Part shown: piece by piece, positions 13,150-27,400 of the stretch
Position numbering within the stretch: the first letter of the stretch is position 1
How the letters are laid out: each line of letters begins with the position of its first letter
Translations under genes and position numbers: made by a program
The notes under the pieces: model-generated
Told to the model about the DNA's origin: nothing
Database searches by the model: none
What the model saw: only the letters and a program-made list of their open reading frames with translations
Assembly: GCA_052327205.1 (NCBI GenBank)
Contig: CM126207.1
Coordinates: 54,498,001 to 54,562,000, forward strand
Reading direction: 5' to 3'
Length of the DNA: 64,000 nucleotides
DNA from: Somniosus microcephalus
Lineage: Eukaryota

Positions 13150-15100
13150 TCCTTGGGGCTCCAGTTGCAGTCCCACTTGAGCTGCAGCATGACATGGAGA
13201 TGGAGCACAGGCAGCAAAGGGGACAAGCTGCTCGCAGAGGGAGGAGGAGGAGGAGGAGGAGGAGGAGGAGGGCTCTCCGCAGGAGGCCTTACCCACATCG
13301 GGTCTTCAGGGCGCACTTCTCCTACCTGCACCTAAACCAGGAGCAGTGTGTTCATTGGCTCTGCATCACCAAGGAGTTGGTCATGAAACTCTGCCACCTG
13401 CTGCAACCAGACCTGGAGCCTCAGAGCAGGGCGAGGACGGCACTGCCAGTCTCTCACAAGGTGACCGTGGCCCTCAATTTCTTTGCCAGTGGATCCTTCC
13501 AAGCTGGAATAGGTGACATAGCAAACATCTCACAGTTCGCTGTTCACCGCTGCATCCGGAGGTCACAGCGGCTCTGTACGCTAGGAGAGGGGACTTCATT
13601 GTCTTCCCTTTAAACAGAGAGAAACAGGAGGAGCGTGCCCGTGGCTTTGCCAGGATATTAGGCTTCCCCATGGTGCAGGGCACCATTGACTCCACACACG
13701 TGGCTTTGCGGGCTCCGTATCTCCATGCTGAGATGTACCGCAGCCGCAAAGGCTACCATTCACTTAATGTGCAGTTGGTGTGCAACCATGCCCAGCACAT
13801 CATGCTGGTGAATGCCTGTTATCCTGGCAGCAGACATGATGGGCTGGATTTTCATTCAGGAGTTGGGTAGGAGGCGGGACTACAACTTTCGAGGTTGTAG
13901 TCCCGCCTCCATCGAGATGTGGCCAATCCACGCAATTTTAACTTGATTGACCTTGTTGAGCCCACCCAGTGGACTCAGCAGGCCAATTAAGGGACACCCG
14001 GCAACAGGTGACATCACAGACTGAAATTTCATCTGTCAAGAGGTTTTGACAGATGAAATATCAGTGTTTCACAGCTGTTTGAAGCTGTCAAACACTGACA
14101 GTCTTACTTCTAACCTGAGTCCTTCTCCACAGACTCAGTTAGAAATCTCTCCTGCACAGAAAGCTGAAGGCTGTCACTTTTGACAGTTCGCAGCCATTCT
14201 GCTTTCTGTGCCGGTGAGATGAGGGACTCCCGAGATCTAAAGGAAGGAAGGCTGAAAAGGTAAGAAAAGGTAATTTAAACTTCTTTAAACACACCAAACA
14301 CACTTACCTTTGCACTCATGCACCCATCACTCACCTGAACACCGACATCTCGACCCCTCCAAGTCCTTCAACCCGACGGCCCGCCTCCTCTAACTTGGCG
14401 TGGTTTGGAGCTGTCGGAAATCCCACACTTCAGCATTAAAAATAGGGATTAGGCTAAAAACTGCCTGCTAACTACCTGCTAATCCCTTCCCACCTCGGGT
14501 AGGCGGGTCCCAGTGCGGGGCGGGTACCTGCCTCCTTTGAAACTGGCATGGAGGCGGGTTGGGTGCGGGATGGGGTCAGGACCCCTGATTTCGGGATTTT
14601 AACCCCCCACACGCCTCCAATCCCGCCTCCACGGTCCATTGAAAATTGAGCCCGATGCCGCCTTCCCGTGCTAGACTGGTGTGCCAAGAATATTCCAGCC
14701 ACCACTTCAAACCCGAGGATGGCTACTTGGTGACCAGGGCTATCCTCTCCACACTTGGCTGATGATTCCTCTCCGCAATCACACTCGTGGCCAGCAATCA
14801 TACAACAAGAGCCATACTGCCATACGAAACATCATAGAACAGACCACTGGGGGCTGAAGCAATGGTTCCGCTGCCTGGACCACTCTGGAGGAGCCCTACA
14901 GTACTCACTGGAGCATATGTGCCGATTCATGGTGGTCTGCTGTAGTCTGACAACCTGGCCATCATGACGCATAGCCCTTGCCACCAGGGATATGACCACC
15001 AGCTCATGAGGATGAGGATGAGGTAGGAGGAGGCAACCCAGACAGCCCCTATCTGAACGGGATATCTGGGATCGAATTATTTGCCTGCTGTACCAGTGAA
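13150..15100 (+). pseudogene. Harbinger DDE transposase pseudogene split by a MITE
   Basis: Motifs [44 protein letters not shown]|A, FRCLDHSGGALQY; several frameshifts. Confidence 0.9.
13841..14653. mobile_element. Harbinger-type MITE
   Basis: Ends GGGCTGGATTTTC...GAAAATTGAGCCC, TSD GAT (13838-13840/14654-14656). Removing it restores CAT GAT GCC (HDA). Confidence 0.85.
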
Positions 15101-15349
15101 CATAACCTCAACTCCCCATCATAGTATCCGCTTGGCCACAATGCTGAAATAAAAGCCACCAAAAAGCCAACATTCCAAACCAACTTTATACATCTATCCA
15201 TCCAATATTACATCAAAAAATCAACTAACCACCCTTGTGCATTCCCTTAGTGCCTATCTTCCATGTGCCTTTGCCTATCCTAGTGCTCCTACACAGTGCT
15301 AACCCAATGGCTGCAGCATGGCTGGTGGAAGGCTGCTGACTTTCAGTGG

Positions 15350-17095
15350 GGGAGACAGCAGATGGCCTTCAAGAACGATCTCGAGGAGCTTTGGCCCTAG
15401 TAGGCCCGGCTTCGGACTGCACCACCTCGGCATGGGCGGCAGCAGTCTGGGCTGGCTGGCTGACAGGCAAGGGCACTGGCGGAGTGGTAGAGGTGGGAGT
15501 ACGAATGCTGTCTTTCTGAGAGAGGACAGCAGGTTCAGCCTCCATTAATCCATTGCCACTCCCCCGGGGCAGCGCCTCAACAGTCCTAGTAATCTGCTGG
15601 AGCACAGACTGCTGTGACGCCCTGCAAGCCCCTTTTAACACTGCCATGATGGCAACAGTTTGTGTTTGCAAGGCGGCTAGCTGAGCTTTCATGACTGAGG
15701 TCTGAGCTTCCATTTCAGCACTCAGACGTTGGGTGGCTTCTGCTTGTGCTGCAGTGGAAGCTGAGATATCAGCCATCAGATGTGGCATGATGGTTGTGTC
15801 CACAAGTGTGTTAGTGGATTGCCAAGCCCTTCCACACTGGAAAGGATGGGCTCCAAGCTCTGCCCAAAGCCCTGTGCAAGGCTGGAGCAGGACTCCTCCA
15901 TGCTCCTTGACATTACATGCAGACTTTCAGGCAGGTCTGCCAATGCACCAAGCATTTCATTGTGTATAACCATTAGCGTTCTTCTGTAGGCCGTCCCATC
16001 GAAGTCCTCATCCGAGTCCTGTGCAGCAGAACTCGTGTGCGACTTCACCCTCCAGGGAGTTGGCACTTATGCTACCCTTTCCCCCTGCCCTGGCTGCAGT
16101 CCACTTGTGCCTGGTGTCTCACCACGTGCAGATCCCGTGTCTAACCTGTCCTCTGAAATATGCGGAGTGTCAGTATCTGAGCTGGTGGCTGGGAGTATGA
16201 AGTTGATTGACAGTGCTTCTTCCTCTTCAGTCTCCTCTCTCTCTTGTTCAACTACTGGCTGGGCAGGCTGGATTTCTTGTGTCTTCCTCATTTCAGATAC
16301 CCAAGGGTAGGGTTGTGTTGATGGGAGGGTTGAAAAGCAAGAGGTGCATGCTTACACCATGTGTAGCTTGTAAATCAGAAGAGATAGTGGGATGAGGGGG
16401 AAGTGGAATGCGAGAAGGAGGATAACGTGTGAGGATACCGGCATCTTGTATTCTCTCAGCCTTGCCCGTACCAAGAATGGCCAGCACCGTCTCCTCCATG
16501 GAGGTGAGGCCATGCAGGCGAACCTGTGTCCTGCCGGTTAAGTTCTGCTGGCGCTGGTTATGCGTCACCTTTTCCTGCAAGAGAAAGGGAAGCATGTCAG
16601 TGAGTGCGGTGTAATATATTTGTTTGATGTGGGTGCCATGGTTGATCAACTGACTGTGTTCAAGTGGTGAGATATGGGTAATAGGCTTGCAGCAGTGGTA
16701 TGTGTGTGCGGGTGAGGTGAAGCTATGAATGTGATGTGTGAGTCATGTTTGGTATAGATTGTTGGTAGGTGAGTAATGGGGGTGTGGTGCATTGAGCAGT
16801 GGGTGAGGCTCGTGGAGCAGTTGGTTGGAAACAGCTTTTGAAGATGCATTCACTGACCTTGACCATTCGTCTGATGTCATTAAACTTCTTTGGGCACTGG
16901 AGCCACATCCTGGGGGCAACACTTCTGGCAGTGACCGCCTCGGTGATCTGGTCCCACATCCTTCTTAGTGTTTCTGGAGGGGCTCCTGGCCTCCTGTGGG
17001 TAGAAAACCTCTCTTCGAGTGTTCACCCCCTGCACAAAGGCCTCGAGTGTTGCGTCCGAGACCCTGGGTGCCCTTTCCCTGACCTGTTGAGGCAT
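15350..17095 (-). pseudogene. Harbinger Myb/SANT-like accessory gene, spliced and frameshifted
   Basis: MPQQVRERAPRVSD.../W..I...V.ARSVAPR.WLQC.KKFND, then exon 2 EKVTHNQR and an acidic/coiled-coil exon 3. Confidence 0.8.
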
Positions 17096-18046
17096 TTTGG
17101 TTTGTGGTGAAGCAGATTTAAAATTTTTGATAACCGGAAGGCAGCTCACCTTTTAAATGGTGCAAACTGCCTTTTAGAGGCACAGCCTAGATTTAAATAA
17201 AGGCGTGAACTTCGGCCCCCTATTGAGCATGCATCCTGGACTGTGCGCTGCTATCATGCAAAGTAGCAGTCAGCACGAATTTTACATGCTGCCTGCACTC
17301 CTTTCAATGGACACGGGGCTGATCACGCATCGCGATCATCGCGCCCGTTTTCAGGCCTAATCCAATTGCACCCCCACGGTGTTCATTCTAGTTTGTGGAA
17401 ACAGGATAAAAAGCAAAATCAAAGAATAAACATATCTTTGGATTTCCACTAGAGGGCTCCCTTTCAAAACAAATCTACCCTTAATTCTCCTGCTGTTGTT
17501 TGGTCTAGTTTAACTTAATTCCTCAATACAAATATGTTTAGCTATCCGTTGGGTTAACAAATACGGACACCTCGAATTATGCACTTGTTTTGCAACAGCA
17601 GCATTAACAGAATCAGTTACTGCAAACTGAACAGAATTTGTTTCATCCGGTCAGTGAGCTGAATAAGAAGGGAAACTTCCAAAGGTCTGTTCAACGTGCA
17701 CAAAAAGAGTATGAAAGAGTATCTGTTTCAAACTCTGTACTATGAACGAGTCATGGTGTTTAGAAACAAAATTTGTTTTGTCATTAATGTTAAAAGTATG
17801 ATATATAAGTAGTTATGCAAGCACTTCTAAATGGTTACTGAGGTACAATAGTACACTGAATAAAAACAAGGGGAAGAGATGCATAACATCCATGATCTGT
17901 AAAAATATTACCAGAATGTAGTGAATTGATAATACGTCCAACTTATCAGACTATAAATAAAATACAAACCCAAGGAGGTGATGAATTCTTTAAAGGAGTA
18001 TAACGGTGCAATTTTGCATAAAAGGCGGATTCAACTGAAAAGAAAC

Positions 18047-18420
18047 GAATTGCATTTATTAGCCACTACACGTTTATTATTTGAAGTATTGTGACTGTTA
18101 TATAGGCCAGCAGGGCCGTCACGTCGTGCATTGCAAGATCCCACAAACAGCCATAAGATGAATGACCAGTTAATCTATTTTTGGTGGTATTGGTTGAGGT
18201 AGGAATATTGGCCAGAATACAGGGAGAACTCCCTGTTCTTCTTTGAATAGTGAAATGGGATTTTTAACATCCACCTGAATCACTAGAACAGCCAAAGGCC
18301 AGCAACACCAATAGTGCAGCACTGCTGTGGAGCCTCAGCCTGGATTATGTGCTCAGGTTCTGAGTAGGGTTAATCTGACAATTTTGTGACTCAGACGCAG
18401 GAGTGTTAATAAATGACAAC
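18047..18420 (-). mobile_element. Degraded SacSINE1/DeuSINE-like SINE
   Basis: Reverse-complement similarity to 8311-8766 (CCCACAAACAGC, GACCAG, CATCCACCTGA). Confidence 0.65.
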
Positions 18421-20689
18421 TACGCAGTATAGTGAGTATATATGAATAACAGTTGCTATATTTTTAGAGTTGCCTATATATCATTGAATTTGGCAGCCCA
18501 TTAATCAGCGCAGTTACAAGAGAATATTATTGGTTGAGTGTTGAAGGTGATGGCCCTAACTGTTTGTAAGTAGCAATTCAATACAAGTGGAGCTTACAAG
18601 TGGAAGTGGAAGGGTTACTTAAATTTCTTCAACGCACATGCTTAGTTTATTGTTCCTTCAGTTTTTAAGGATGATGTATGCAGAGCAACATATTTGATTA
18701 ATCAGTTAATCAGAAAAAGCTCTTAACAGGAAGAGATGATTGATGTGGAGAATGAACTTAACACGGACAATCTGTTCTTAGCGTAGTGAATCATGGTGGT
18801 GAGCTGTCCATCACCACTCAGAAATCTTGGATCGTGTAGCTAGCATATGTCAGTAGATCTGTTGAGTTCCAATTATGGTCGGCAGAACATTTCATTCCAT
18901 AGTTTCTTTGGAAATCTTTTTGTATTTCTCTTGATCGTGTAACCAGACACCTTCTATCAATTAATTAGTTACGTCCATTGGCAAACCATTCACAAATGTG
19001 CAGGAAATTTAGTTTGTGTTTTATTCCAAACCAAAACTCAGTCAAGCTCTGTGTCTCAACCCCCATTTGGTACAATGGATGCTGCATATGACTTTGTTTA
19101 GAAATAAATGTAAAGGGTATTTTTATATGCCAGTCAGACATGCCTGGAGTTTCTAGGGCGCTTCTCCAGATCTCCTGCTATATCTTCAGTGGAAGATTGG
19201 TAGAGACCCCAGAGCCATTTTTGTTGTTTCTCCCAGGTTTCCGTCAAAGTTACGGCAGGAAATTCTATCCCCTGTCTTCGCTAGAAACTAAGATTTGAGC
19301 TGCTAAGTGGAAGCAGATGTTTAACATGAAAAAGGGGGAAAAATCCAAATCATTTAATGGAAATAAAATACACAAAACTTTAAACAGAGCCAGGGCACCA
19401 GTACTGTGAACGTCTCTGGAACACTTGCAGCTGATCTCCTGTGGCATTGCTCATAGATAGTCTGCAATCAGGAGCACAACTGTGATGTTTACCTGCTAAA
19501 ATGGAGTTGTGTTTAACCTGGCTTTCCCTATAAAACTACTGCTCAACTATCCATCCCCAAGGAAGAGGTCTAAATAGGCAAGTCCAGGTAATTGTACATG
19601 CTTTTCAATATCTTGCTCCACATTAGAAGAATCTAGAATGAAATGAATGCCTTTTTTAGGATTATTTTAGGATTGGTAAGAATGTGTGCTGTATTGAAGT
19701 GTGTCACTTCTGAAGTATGACATTTGAAGTGTGCTGGATATGCATATGTGTAACTGATGTATTTCTCATGGTGTTGCTTATACTGAGTTGGACGATATGC
19801 TGATTTATTATGACTGTGGTGTTATACCTTATAACGAACAATGTATTATTCTGCTGATAAGTTGAGTTGTATTTAAGGTGGCTTGCCCCTTTAAGCCATA
19901 AAGATTAATTGATGTCATTGATCATAACTGGAGTTTAATTGCTGAGAGTGAGTGAATTTTGCATATTGTCAGGTGCTTGTAAATTTCTGGCAGACTTCCT
20001 TCCCCATAAAAATAGCCTGCAGTGACTGGCTTTCTCACTTTTATACTTTTCACTTTGAAGTGTGACATCTGAAGTGTGAAGGATGGTTGTATAATAAATA
20101 GCACTGTGATTTATTGACCACTGTAGTTGTTTGAGAATTTGACACCTCGTTACATTGCCGTGCGCTTTTCTGTTTCTGTTGCTGCTGTAACCTATGGCAA
20201 ATTACAAAAAAATGGAATTTACATAGTCTTTATAAATGTAGAACATTTACCATGTGGGAATAGCAGGCAAAATTATGGAAACCACACACAGAACACTGCA
20301 AATATTTTGCCAAAGGAGTCTATGTTGCATAATCTTATGGTTGCTATTTTGGATTAAACCTTTAACATAAAGTATGGATTGAAGAAAGCCGAGTTGGCCT
20401 ATTAAAGCCCATTGCTTTCACAAACCATTTTTTATTTGTCCCACAGCCCGTTACTTTTGAAGACTTTTCAGAATTTTATCTTATCTACACCAAAATTTGA
20501 GAAAATAAACATTGTGCTTAACACAATGGTCCAGAATTTGCTGGAGTGGGGCATCTTGCGGTGTGGCCCAGTTTGTTCGATTTTTTTCTTACTCCTTCAG
20601 CCCAAAAGATTTTTGCGCTGCAGTTGATGGAAGTGTGAGATCAACGGGGCACCTGAGACCTTGGTGAATGACAAGACCAATAGCCTATA

Positions 20690-21462
20690 AAGAAAGAAAG
20701 ACTTGCATTTATCACAGAATCACAGAAACCCCACAGTGCAGATAGAGGCCATTTCGGCCCATCGAGCCTGCACCGACACATATCCCACCCGATCCCCGTA
20801 ACCCCATGTATTTAATCCCCCTAACACTAAGGGTCAATTTATCATAGCCAATCAACCTAACCCGCACATCTTTGGACTGTGGGAGGAAACCGGAGCACCC
20901 GGAGGAAACCCACGCAAACACGGGGAGAATGTGCAAACTCCACACAGACAGTCACCCGAGGCCGGATTTGAACCCGGGTCCCTGGCGCTGTGAGGCAACA
21001 GTGCTAACCACTATGCCACCGTGCTGCCCCAAAGCACTTTTTACGACCACTGGACGTCTCAAAGCGCTTTACTGCCAATGAAATACTTTTTGAAGTGTAG
21101 CCACTGTTGTAATGTGGGAAACATGGCAGCCAGTTTGCGCACAGCAAGCTCCCACAAACAGCAATGTGATAATGACCAGATAATCTGTTTGTGATGTTGA
21201 TTGAGGGATACGTATTGGCCAGGACACCGGGGATAACTCCCCTGCTTTTCTTCAAAATAGTGCCATGGGACCTTTTGCGTCCACCTGAGAGCGCAGACGG
21301 GGCCTCAATTTTTAACGTCTCACCTGACAGTGCAGCACTCCCTCAGTACTGCACTGGAGTGCCAGCCAAGGTTTTTTTGTGCTCAAGTCTCTGGAGTGGA
21401 ACTTGAACCCACAACCTTTGACTCACAAGTGAGGGTGCTACCAACTGAGCTTCAGCTGACAC
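20690..21462 (-). mobile_element. SacSINE1/DeuSINE-like SINE interrupted by an HE1-like SINE
   Basis: Minus-strand tRNA-like head at about 21400-21462, Deu-like core, and tail AAAGAAAGACTTGCATTTAT at 20693-20712. Confidence 0.8.
20713..21030 (-). mobile_element. HE1-like V-SINE
   Basis: Minus strand: tRNA head GGGCAGCACGGTGGCATAGTGGTTAGCAC, V-domain TTTGCACATTCTCCCCGTGTTTGCGTGGGTTTCCTCCGGGTGCTCCGG, CR1-like tail. Confidence 0.88.
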
Positions 21463-24400
21463 TCTTTAACCAATGAGATTTAAGGATAGAAAAACAGGAG
21501 AATGATGGAAAAGGAAATTGGATGACTTAGAGTCAAATCAGGTATAGAAAGAGAAATAAAGAGAGAGAGACAAATGATTGGATTAACAGAGAAAAAAGAG
21601 ACTGAAAAAAGTAAGATTTCTTAAAATAAAAAAATTTATAATTTAAAAAACCTCGAACAATTTACTACCTATAGCAATGAGACTCTGCAGTATCAGTTGT
21701 TCCGGGCCTGAGAGGTTGAGTGGCATTGCCGGAACAAAAAATCTCATCATTAAAAAGGTCCTTACGCTATTAAGTACCAGCCCTAACTTTCTGCAGTGAG
21801 TTTAATTAATTTTAACAGTGCAAATGCGACAATTTCTTGAAACTCGTGGGGAGGTTGACAGCGAGCTCTCATTTTTGAAAGGCTAATGGCAGAGCGGTGC
21901 AAATTGTCCAGCAATTTGTGGCGATTCGCAACTCGCGGGGTATCACTTCCTCGCCACAAATGACTGAGTTATTTACACACTGATTACAACGTATTAAACT
22001 CAGTTATTTTCCCAGCAAATTCTGAGCCATTATGCAGCATGTTATAATTCCCAAAATGTAAATGAGAGATTGATTTCAGAAGACATGTTTTTAATACAAT
22101 GATAGGTAAATGTGGACAATAATGAACTAAAGCAGTAGGAGGAACCAATGCTAAAACAATTGCTGGTGTGGAGGAACCCTGCTATAAAGTGGTCTTGAAG
22201 TTTGCTATTGATATTAGATCATAAGTTCATTCTGTAGATTGAAAAAAAACTACAAGAATTGAAAGGAGATGAACCACTGCCAAAAAAGGCACACAGAAAC
22301 AAATGGAATTTGATTCCCTCGTGTTCATTCTGAATGTATGAAAGCCATTATTTTACCATTGATCTAATGTGATGTCTGTACAATGAGTTCATGGTTATAT
22401 GCACAGTAGAACCAGGGGATGTCAAACATTTTTAATGAGTTCTGTTGTTGAGAAGTCTTAAAAAGGTTTGTAGATGGTTCCCAAAAGTAAAATATAGTTC
22501 ACACAAGCTATTTGCATATTTATCTGTAGGTAAATGACTCCAATCCAATCAAATTTTTTGTGATATATAATCTTTGTGGTGGATTAATAGCGAAGTGAGC
22601 ATTGGCTGTTTCAGTCCTGTCTCCATTGGACTGGTGTAATTCTGCCATTACAGCTCTAAAGAGTGGCAGTTGAAAGAACCATTTTACAATATCCCACTGC
22701 TCATTGTGAGCATTTTATGAGGTTGGAGCTTAGGTTATATAGTTGAAGTGCTATCATGTACCCTGTATACCAGTTCTGTGTGAGATTGATGATTCACATC
22801 TCTTAAACATAAAACACAACTGTGTCCAGGAACTAAATCATAAAGAAACGATTGATCCATTGTGGAAACGTTAGACAGAACAGAGCTGATCCTGTTGCTG
22901 AAAAGGAGGTTTAAAATTGTGACTCATTTTGATGTACTTTGCTCACAAAAATAATCAGAGCTCCATTTGTTGCAATCTGTGTCACTCGGGACAAATACAA
23001 ATGCCATTCTAACATGTTTGCATGGAGAGAATAAACAAATGGGGATTTCTATGGTTACTGTTTTCTCATGTGGCATAAAAATAATTCAGGAATTTCCATT
23101 CTGGTATTCTGTACATCCTGCTCCCAAAAAACATCCTGCACTTTGTGTTTCAAAATCCTTGATCTGCAGTTGATGGCAAAGGTAGCATCGCTGATCATTT
23201 TAGGTACCAAACTTTGAAATGGCCTCTCTAAACTCCTGTGCCTCTCCATCCCCCTCTCCTCCTTTAAGACTCTCCTTACAACCCACCTTTTGCTCATACC
23301 TTTATAAAAGCAAGTTGTTGTTGAAGATACTGAAGACTGTTATTAACAACTAATATTATCTTTTTTAGATGCATGGGAATTAAAATAAAGTATTGAGTGT
23401 GTAGCTATAGTCAATCCTTCAGGACCTCTGAGCCAGCACTCCAGCTTTTGTTTGAATGCATAAACTGCATGTGGTTACACCATTCAACCAGCAGATGGAG
23501 ACAAAGAATTACAATTGGTAGAAATCAAAGTCAGTCACTTGTGGAAGTCAGACGTGGCGCTAACTGGAACCTCATGTGATCTGACCCTTTCTACATTCTA
23601 GTATTGATTTCTCATACTTGATGTAGCACAGAGGCAATGTCAGAGGCAGTTTCTATTGCTGCTGGCCACGCCATATCAAAAGCACGAATGCCTACTGTTA
23701 AACGATCTATAAAGGAAAGAAACGCTTCATTCTTTAGTGGTCTTAATCCTTACACTATAAGTGTCAAAATTAGCATGCACCGCGCTAAATTCAGGCTAAA
23801 GCCCCTTTCAGAATGGCATTAAATTACAGAGTTCTTGGAGTAATTCAATAGTTTCACTGTGGGATGCAAGCAAAGTCACTTTTAATGAGCATTCAAAAGC
23901 GACTGGTAAGCTGATTAAAAAATCTAAAATTACAGAGGTTGGTACCTATCTGAAAATTATGGTGGTAATTAATTTCATTAATTCATTTGTGCTGTGGACT
24001 ATATAACCGAGTTTCACAATAAATATTAATGAGTCTTCACATTTTTCCTTTTTCTTTTTGGGGGTGAGCTGCATCCTTGCATATGTAGAGGGAGCACTTC
24101 TTTTGGAAATGAATTTATTTGCTTTTGGAGCGCTGCCAACCCATGCTACACATTGTGCCCCAGTTCAGAAGATACACAGACGACAAGGTCACAGGCCCCT
24201 ACTGATGTTGCTTTGAAACTGGCCACTAGGAGATGTAGGAAAGCAGCTGACGGTGACTGCTACCCGATTGTTTACTTTGCCCCTGAGGAAAAGTATCTGG
24301 CTTGCTAACTTCCCATCAACAGCACCATTAAAACTGGGACCTCACTTTGTGGGGAATCATAGCTGATAACCACCACCACCACCACCAACAACAATTGGTA

Positions 24401-27400
24401 TTTATATAGCGCCTTTAACGTAGTAAAACGTCCCAAGGTGCTTCACAGGAATGTTAAAAGACCAAAAAAAACACTGTCCTTGAGCATGGTATATCAGAGC
24501 TGGAACGCACTGTATCATTGCACTGATTTCTAATGATTTGGAATTTTCCTGACAAAACTTTTTTTCTGCTGAGTTATTCTCGCAAATCCCTATCTTATCC
24601 CATCCCAGCTCGCTCCAGATCAGCTCAAGTGATCACTGTGATAGTCCGCTTATTGTGTATCTGTATCACATACACTTTCTGGGGAATAGGGACTGGCCAC
24701 AGGTGGGTAGGAATTTACAGTTGCAGATTGCCCAGCCCAACCACATTTCAATAGACATTGATGGGGTTTGAATTTAATCCAAGTTCTATATATTTTTTTA
24801 AGGGCCATATTGGTAGTCGGATGGCAATTTTAGAACTTGAACCACCAAGAACATTATACTAAAGCATTCTGCTCCTTTTACTGCAGTGTGAGTGATTTAA
24901 AGAGAAGTATAGCATTCAAAGTGTTAATAAACATCCCTGACTGAGGCACTGATGTCCTTTGTATCTCATTGCCTCAGGTGAAATAGCAATAAATGAAACA
25001 TGATCATGCAGAATAGCCTTCCTAGTTCAACCAAGCATGTGTTCTGCATTATGGAATAAGGGAACTGGGGTATTTTTTGACTGAGTGGATAAAATACAGG
25101 GAATGTTCATAATTAATAAACTTGTAATTTTATCGCTGAGAGCATAAACTAATGGGGATTTCTACTGTTACTAATTTTTTTAACTTGCCACAAAAATATT
25201 TCAAGAACTCCCACTGTGGTATTTTGTACATCCTGCCCCAAAAACCCCATCCTGTGCTTTGTCTCTCGAACTCTTTTGATTCAGGAATGTTACCAGCATT
25301 CAAATCTACTTTTATGTACTAAAATGTTCACATGATATGCAAGGGATGTGAGGGCTATAAGAACTGTACTTTTATTCTGGTATTTATGTCTTGACTAATG
25401 ACTAGATTTGTGAGTAACAGAAAACTTTCATGTACTGTGTCCAGTGAAACCTATGCCAATTAAGGGGCAAGGCAATTGCATGGCTTAATAGCTTAGCATA
25501 CTGGAGGAGATTCTGAATATGGATTAGATCTAGCGTCACTTAAAGTTATGAATTGTTTAGAGCATCTGGAAAAGTGGGGGAGAGCCCAACGAGTGGATTT
25601 ACTTTGCCTTGCATGCAACAGCGATTCCCATTCTTTCTGTTTAGTTATGCTTCCAAATGCTGAGATGACAGACATTTACCAAAATCTTCACACGTCTACG
25701 CTCTGGATTAGCAACTAACTGGAAGTCTGCAAATGCCAAGCCATTTCACATGAACCCTGTGTAACAGCTTTTATCCAGACCAGCTGTCAGTGAGGATGGA
25801 TAAGAACTTGGATATAAAGGCATTTCTTTTAGGTTTAAAGACTGCCTTTGTTGGCATTTTATAGTAAAATATTTTCACCGTGTATAAATTTGAACACGCT
25901 TTAAATAGAATGTTGAATATATGACAGATTACCCCAGTGCTCTGAAATAACAGTTGGTGTTTATATAGAAAATTAATATTTGAATGTAAAAAGTTTTTTT
26001 TTTAAGGTCCAATTTTTTATTTCAGTGCATCTAGATGGAAGAGGGAGCAAAGCGTGCAAAGTTTCATTCATATCAAAGGATACAGAGCGTTGAGATTCCG
26101 TGGGAGCTCCACTGAGCTCCAGCAGAAACCTGGTTGCACTGGGTCCCCACTGTTTCAATCAGACTCTTATAAGGCAAATGATGGCCAGGGGCTGGAGTTC
26201 TATTTCTCAGGCCTTCTTGGAACCCAGTGTTGGAATAGCAGCCAGCTCCACCAATGGGTTCCAGGCCAGGCAGGCAGCCTGGAGTCCTGCAGAATTATAT
26301 ATATTTTTTAAAGTCTCACCAGATTGGCCACTGGAGCCGAGGAGAACATTGCCAGGATCGTGGTAAGCCCTTGCCAGGGCGTACTAATGTCGAAGTTTTC
26401 ATGGGCATGCGGCAGGCAGGTGCCAGAGATGCATCTGTAGTGGCACGTGTGCCTGCCTGCCCCTTGCTAATGAGGCGCCCTTCCAATGACCCCACAATCC
26501 AGCAGGATAAACATTGGCGGATGCCTTTAGAGTCTTGTGTACCTTGACTTCCAAAAGGCTTTTGATAAAGGTCCTAATGAAAACCTATGAATTAAATTCA
26601 AAGCTATGGGGAGTCAAAGTAAACCCTGGGGATCAATAAGAAACTGGATGAAGGATAGAAAACAACAAGTACTCTTTATTAGAGTTACGTCAGAGTTGAG
26701 TGGAAATACTGAGAGGGATGCCACAGTGTTGGGACCACTGCTGTTTCTAATTTACATAAATAACCTGGTCTCAGAACCCCAAAGCAAAGTGGTCAGATTT
26801 GCAGATTTTTCCAAACTTGGAGGGGCAGTGGCAGTGGAAGAGAGAGCTCAGAATGAGTTGGACAAGATATGTAAGTGGGCAGAACAATGGCAGTTGAAAT
26901 CTAATGCAGGTAAGTGTAAAGTGTCACACAAGGATAAAAGCAAAAGATAGGAAGTGTTGTGTATGTACCTTTTTAAGAGAAGAACTGATTCTATACTGCA
27001 GTACCGGCAGTGACCACCCCTGTATATAAAGCCATAGCAGGCTTCTGTACTTCAGTCTTAAGTTACCCTCTGTTCAGCTGCAAGCACGAGCAGAGGGAGC
27101 AGCCAGACTTTGGAGAGTGGATTAAAGTGGTGGTCCCCTGACCAGGAAGAGGAGGAGAACGTTGGACCACCACCACCACCAACTCCACCATCATTACATC
27201 AACTGAGGTGCCTGGAGAGAGAGGACAGAGGAGGAGAAGGAGAAAGGAGGCCTACATCAACATCAACCAGGGGAGAGGCCTTTTCTATCACTGCCTCCCC
27301 AAATTGGCCTCCACTTCAGGAGAGGGAGAGAGGGGAGAGAAACCAACTGCTTGAAAGGAGGGAAGAAAACTTCATCTGGAACATCTACAGGTGGGTGTTA

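Larger units (their letters stand above)
12670..17375. mobile_element. Degenerate two-gene PIF/Harbinger transposon; left end uncertain
   Basis: Convergent transposase (+) and Myb-like (-) pseudogenes; right end CCAATTGCACCCCC. Confidence 0.8.
20528..22028. mobile_element. MITE with nested SINEs
   Basis: Inverted ends GGTCCAGAATTTGCTGG / CCAGCAAATTCTGAGCC (15 of 17 complementary); flanks AAT/ATT. Confidence 0.65.

Noticed and set aside
17400-26300. Host exons in the AT-rich interval
   Set aside because: Only short ORFs with no recognisable homology; small exons or enhancers cannot be excluded without transcript or conservation data.
27061-27075. Tx1 target as U2 snRNA (Keno-like TCTGTTC)
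   Set aside because: Only a 7-nt resemblance; the flanks are clearly LTR and not U2.
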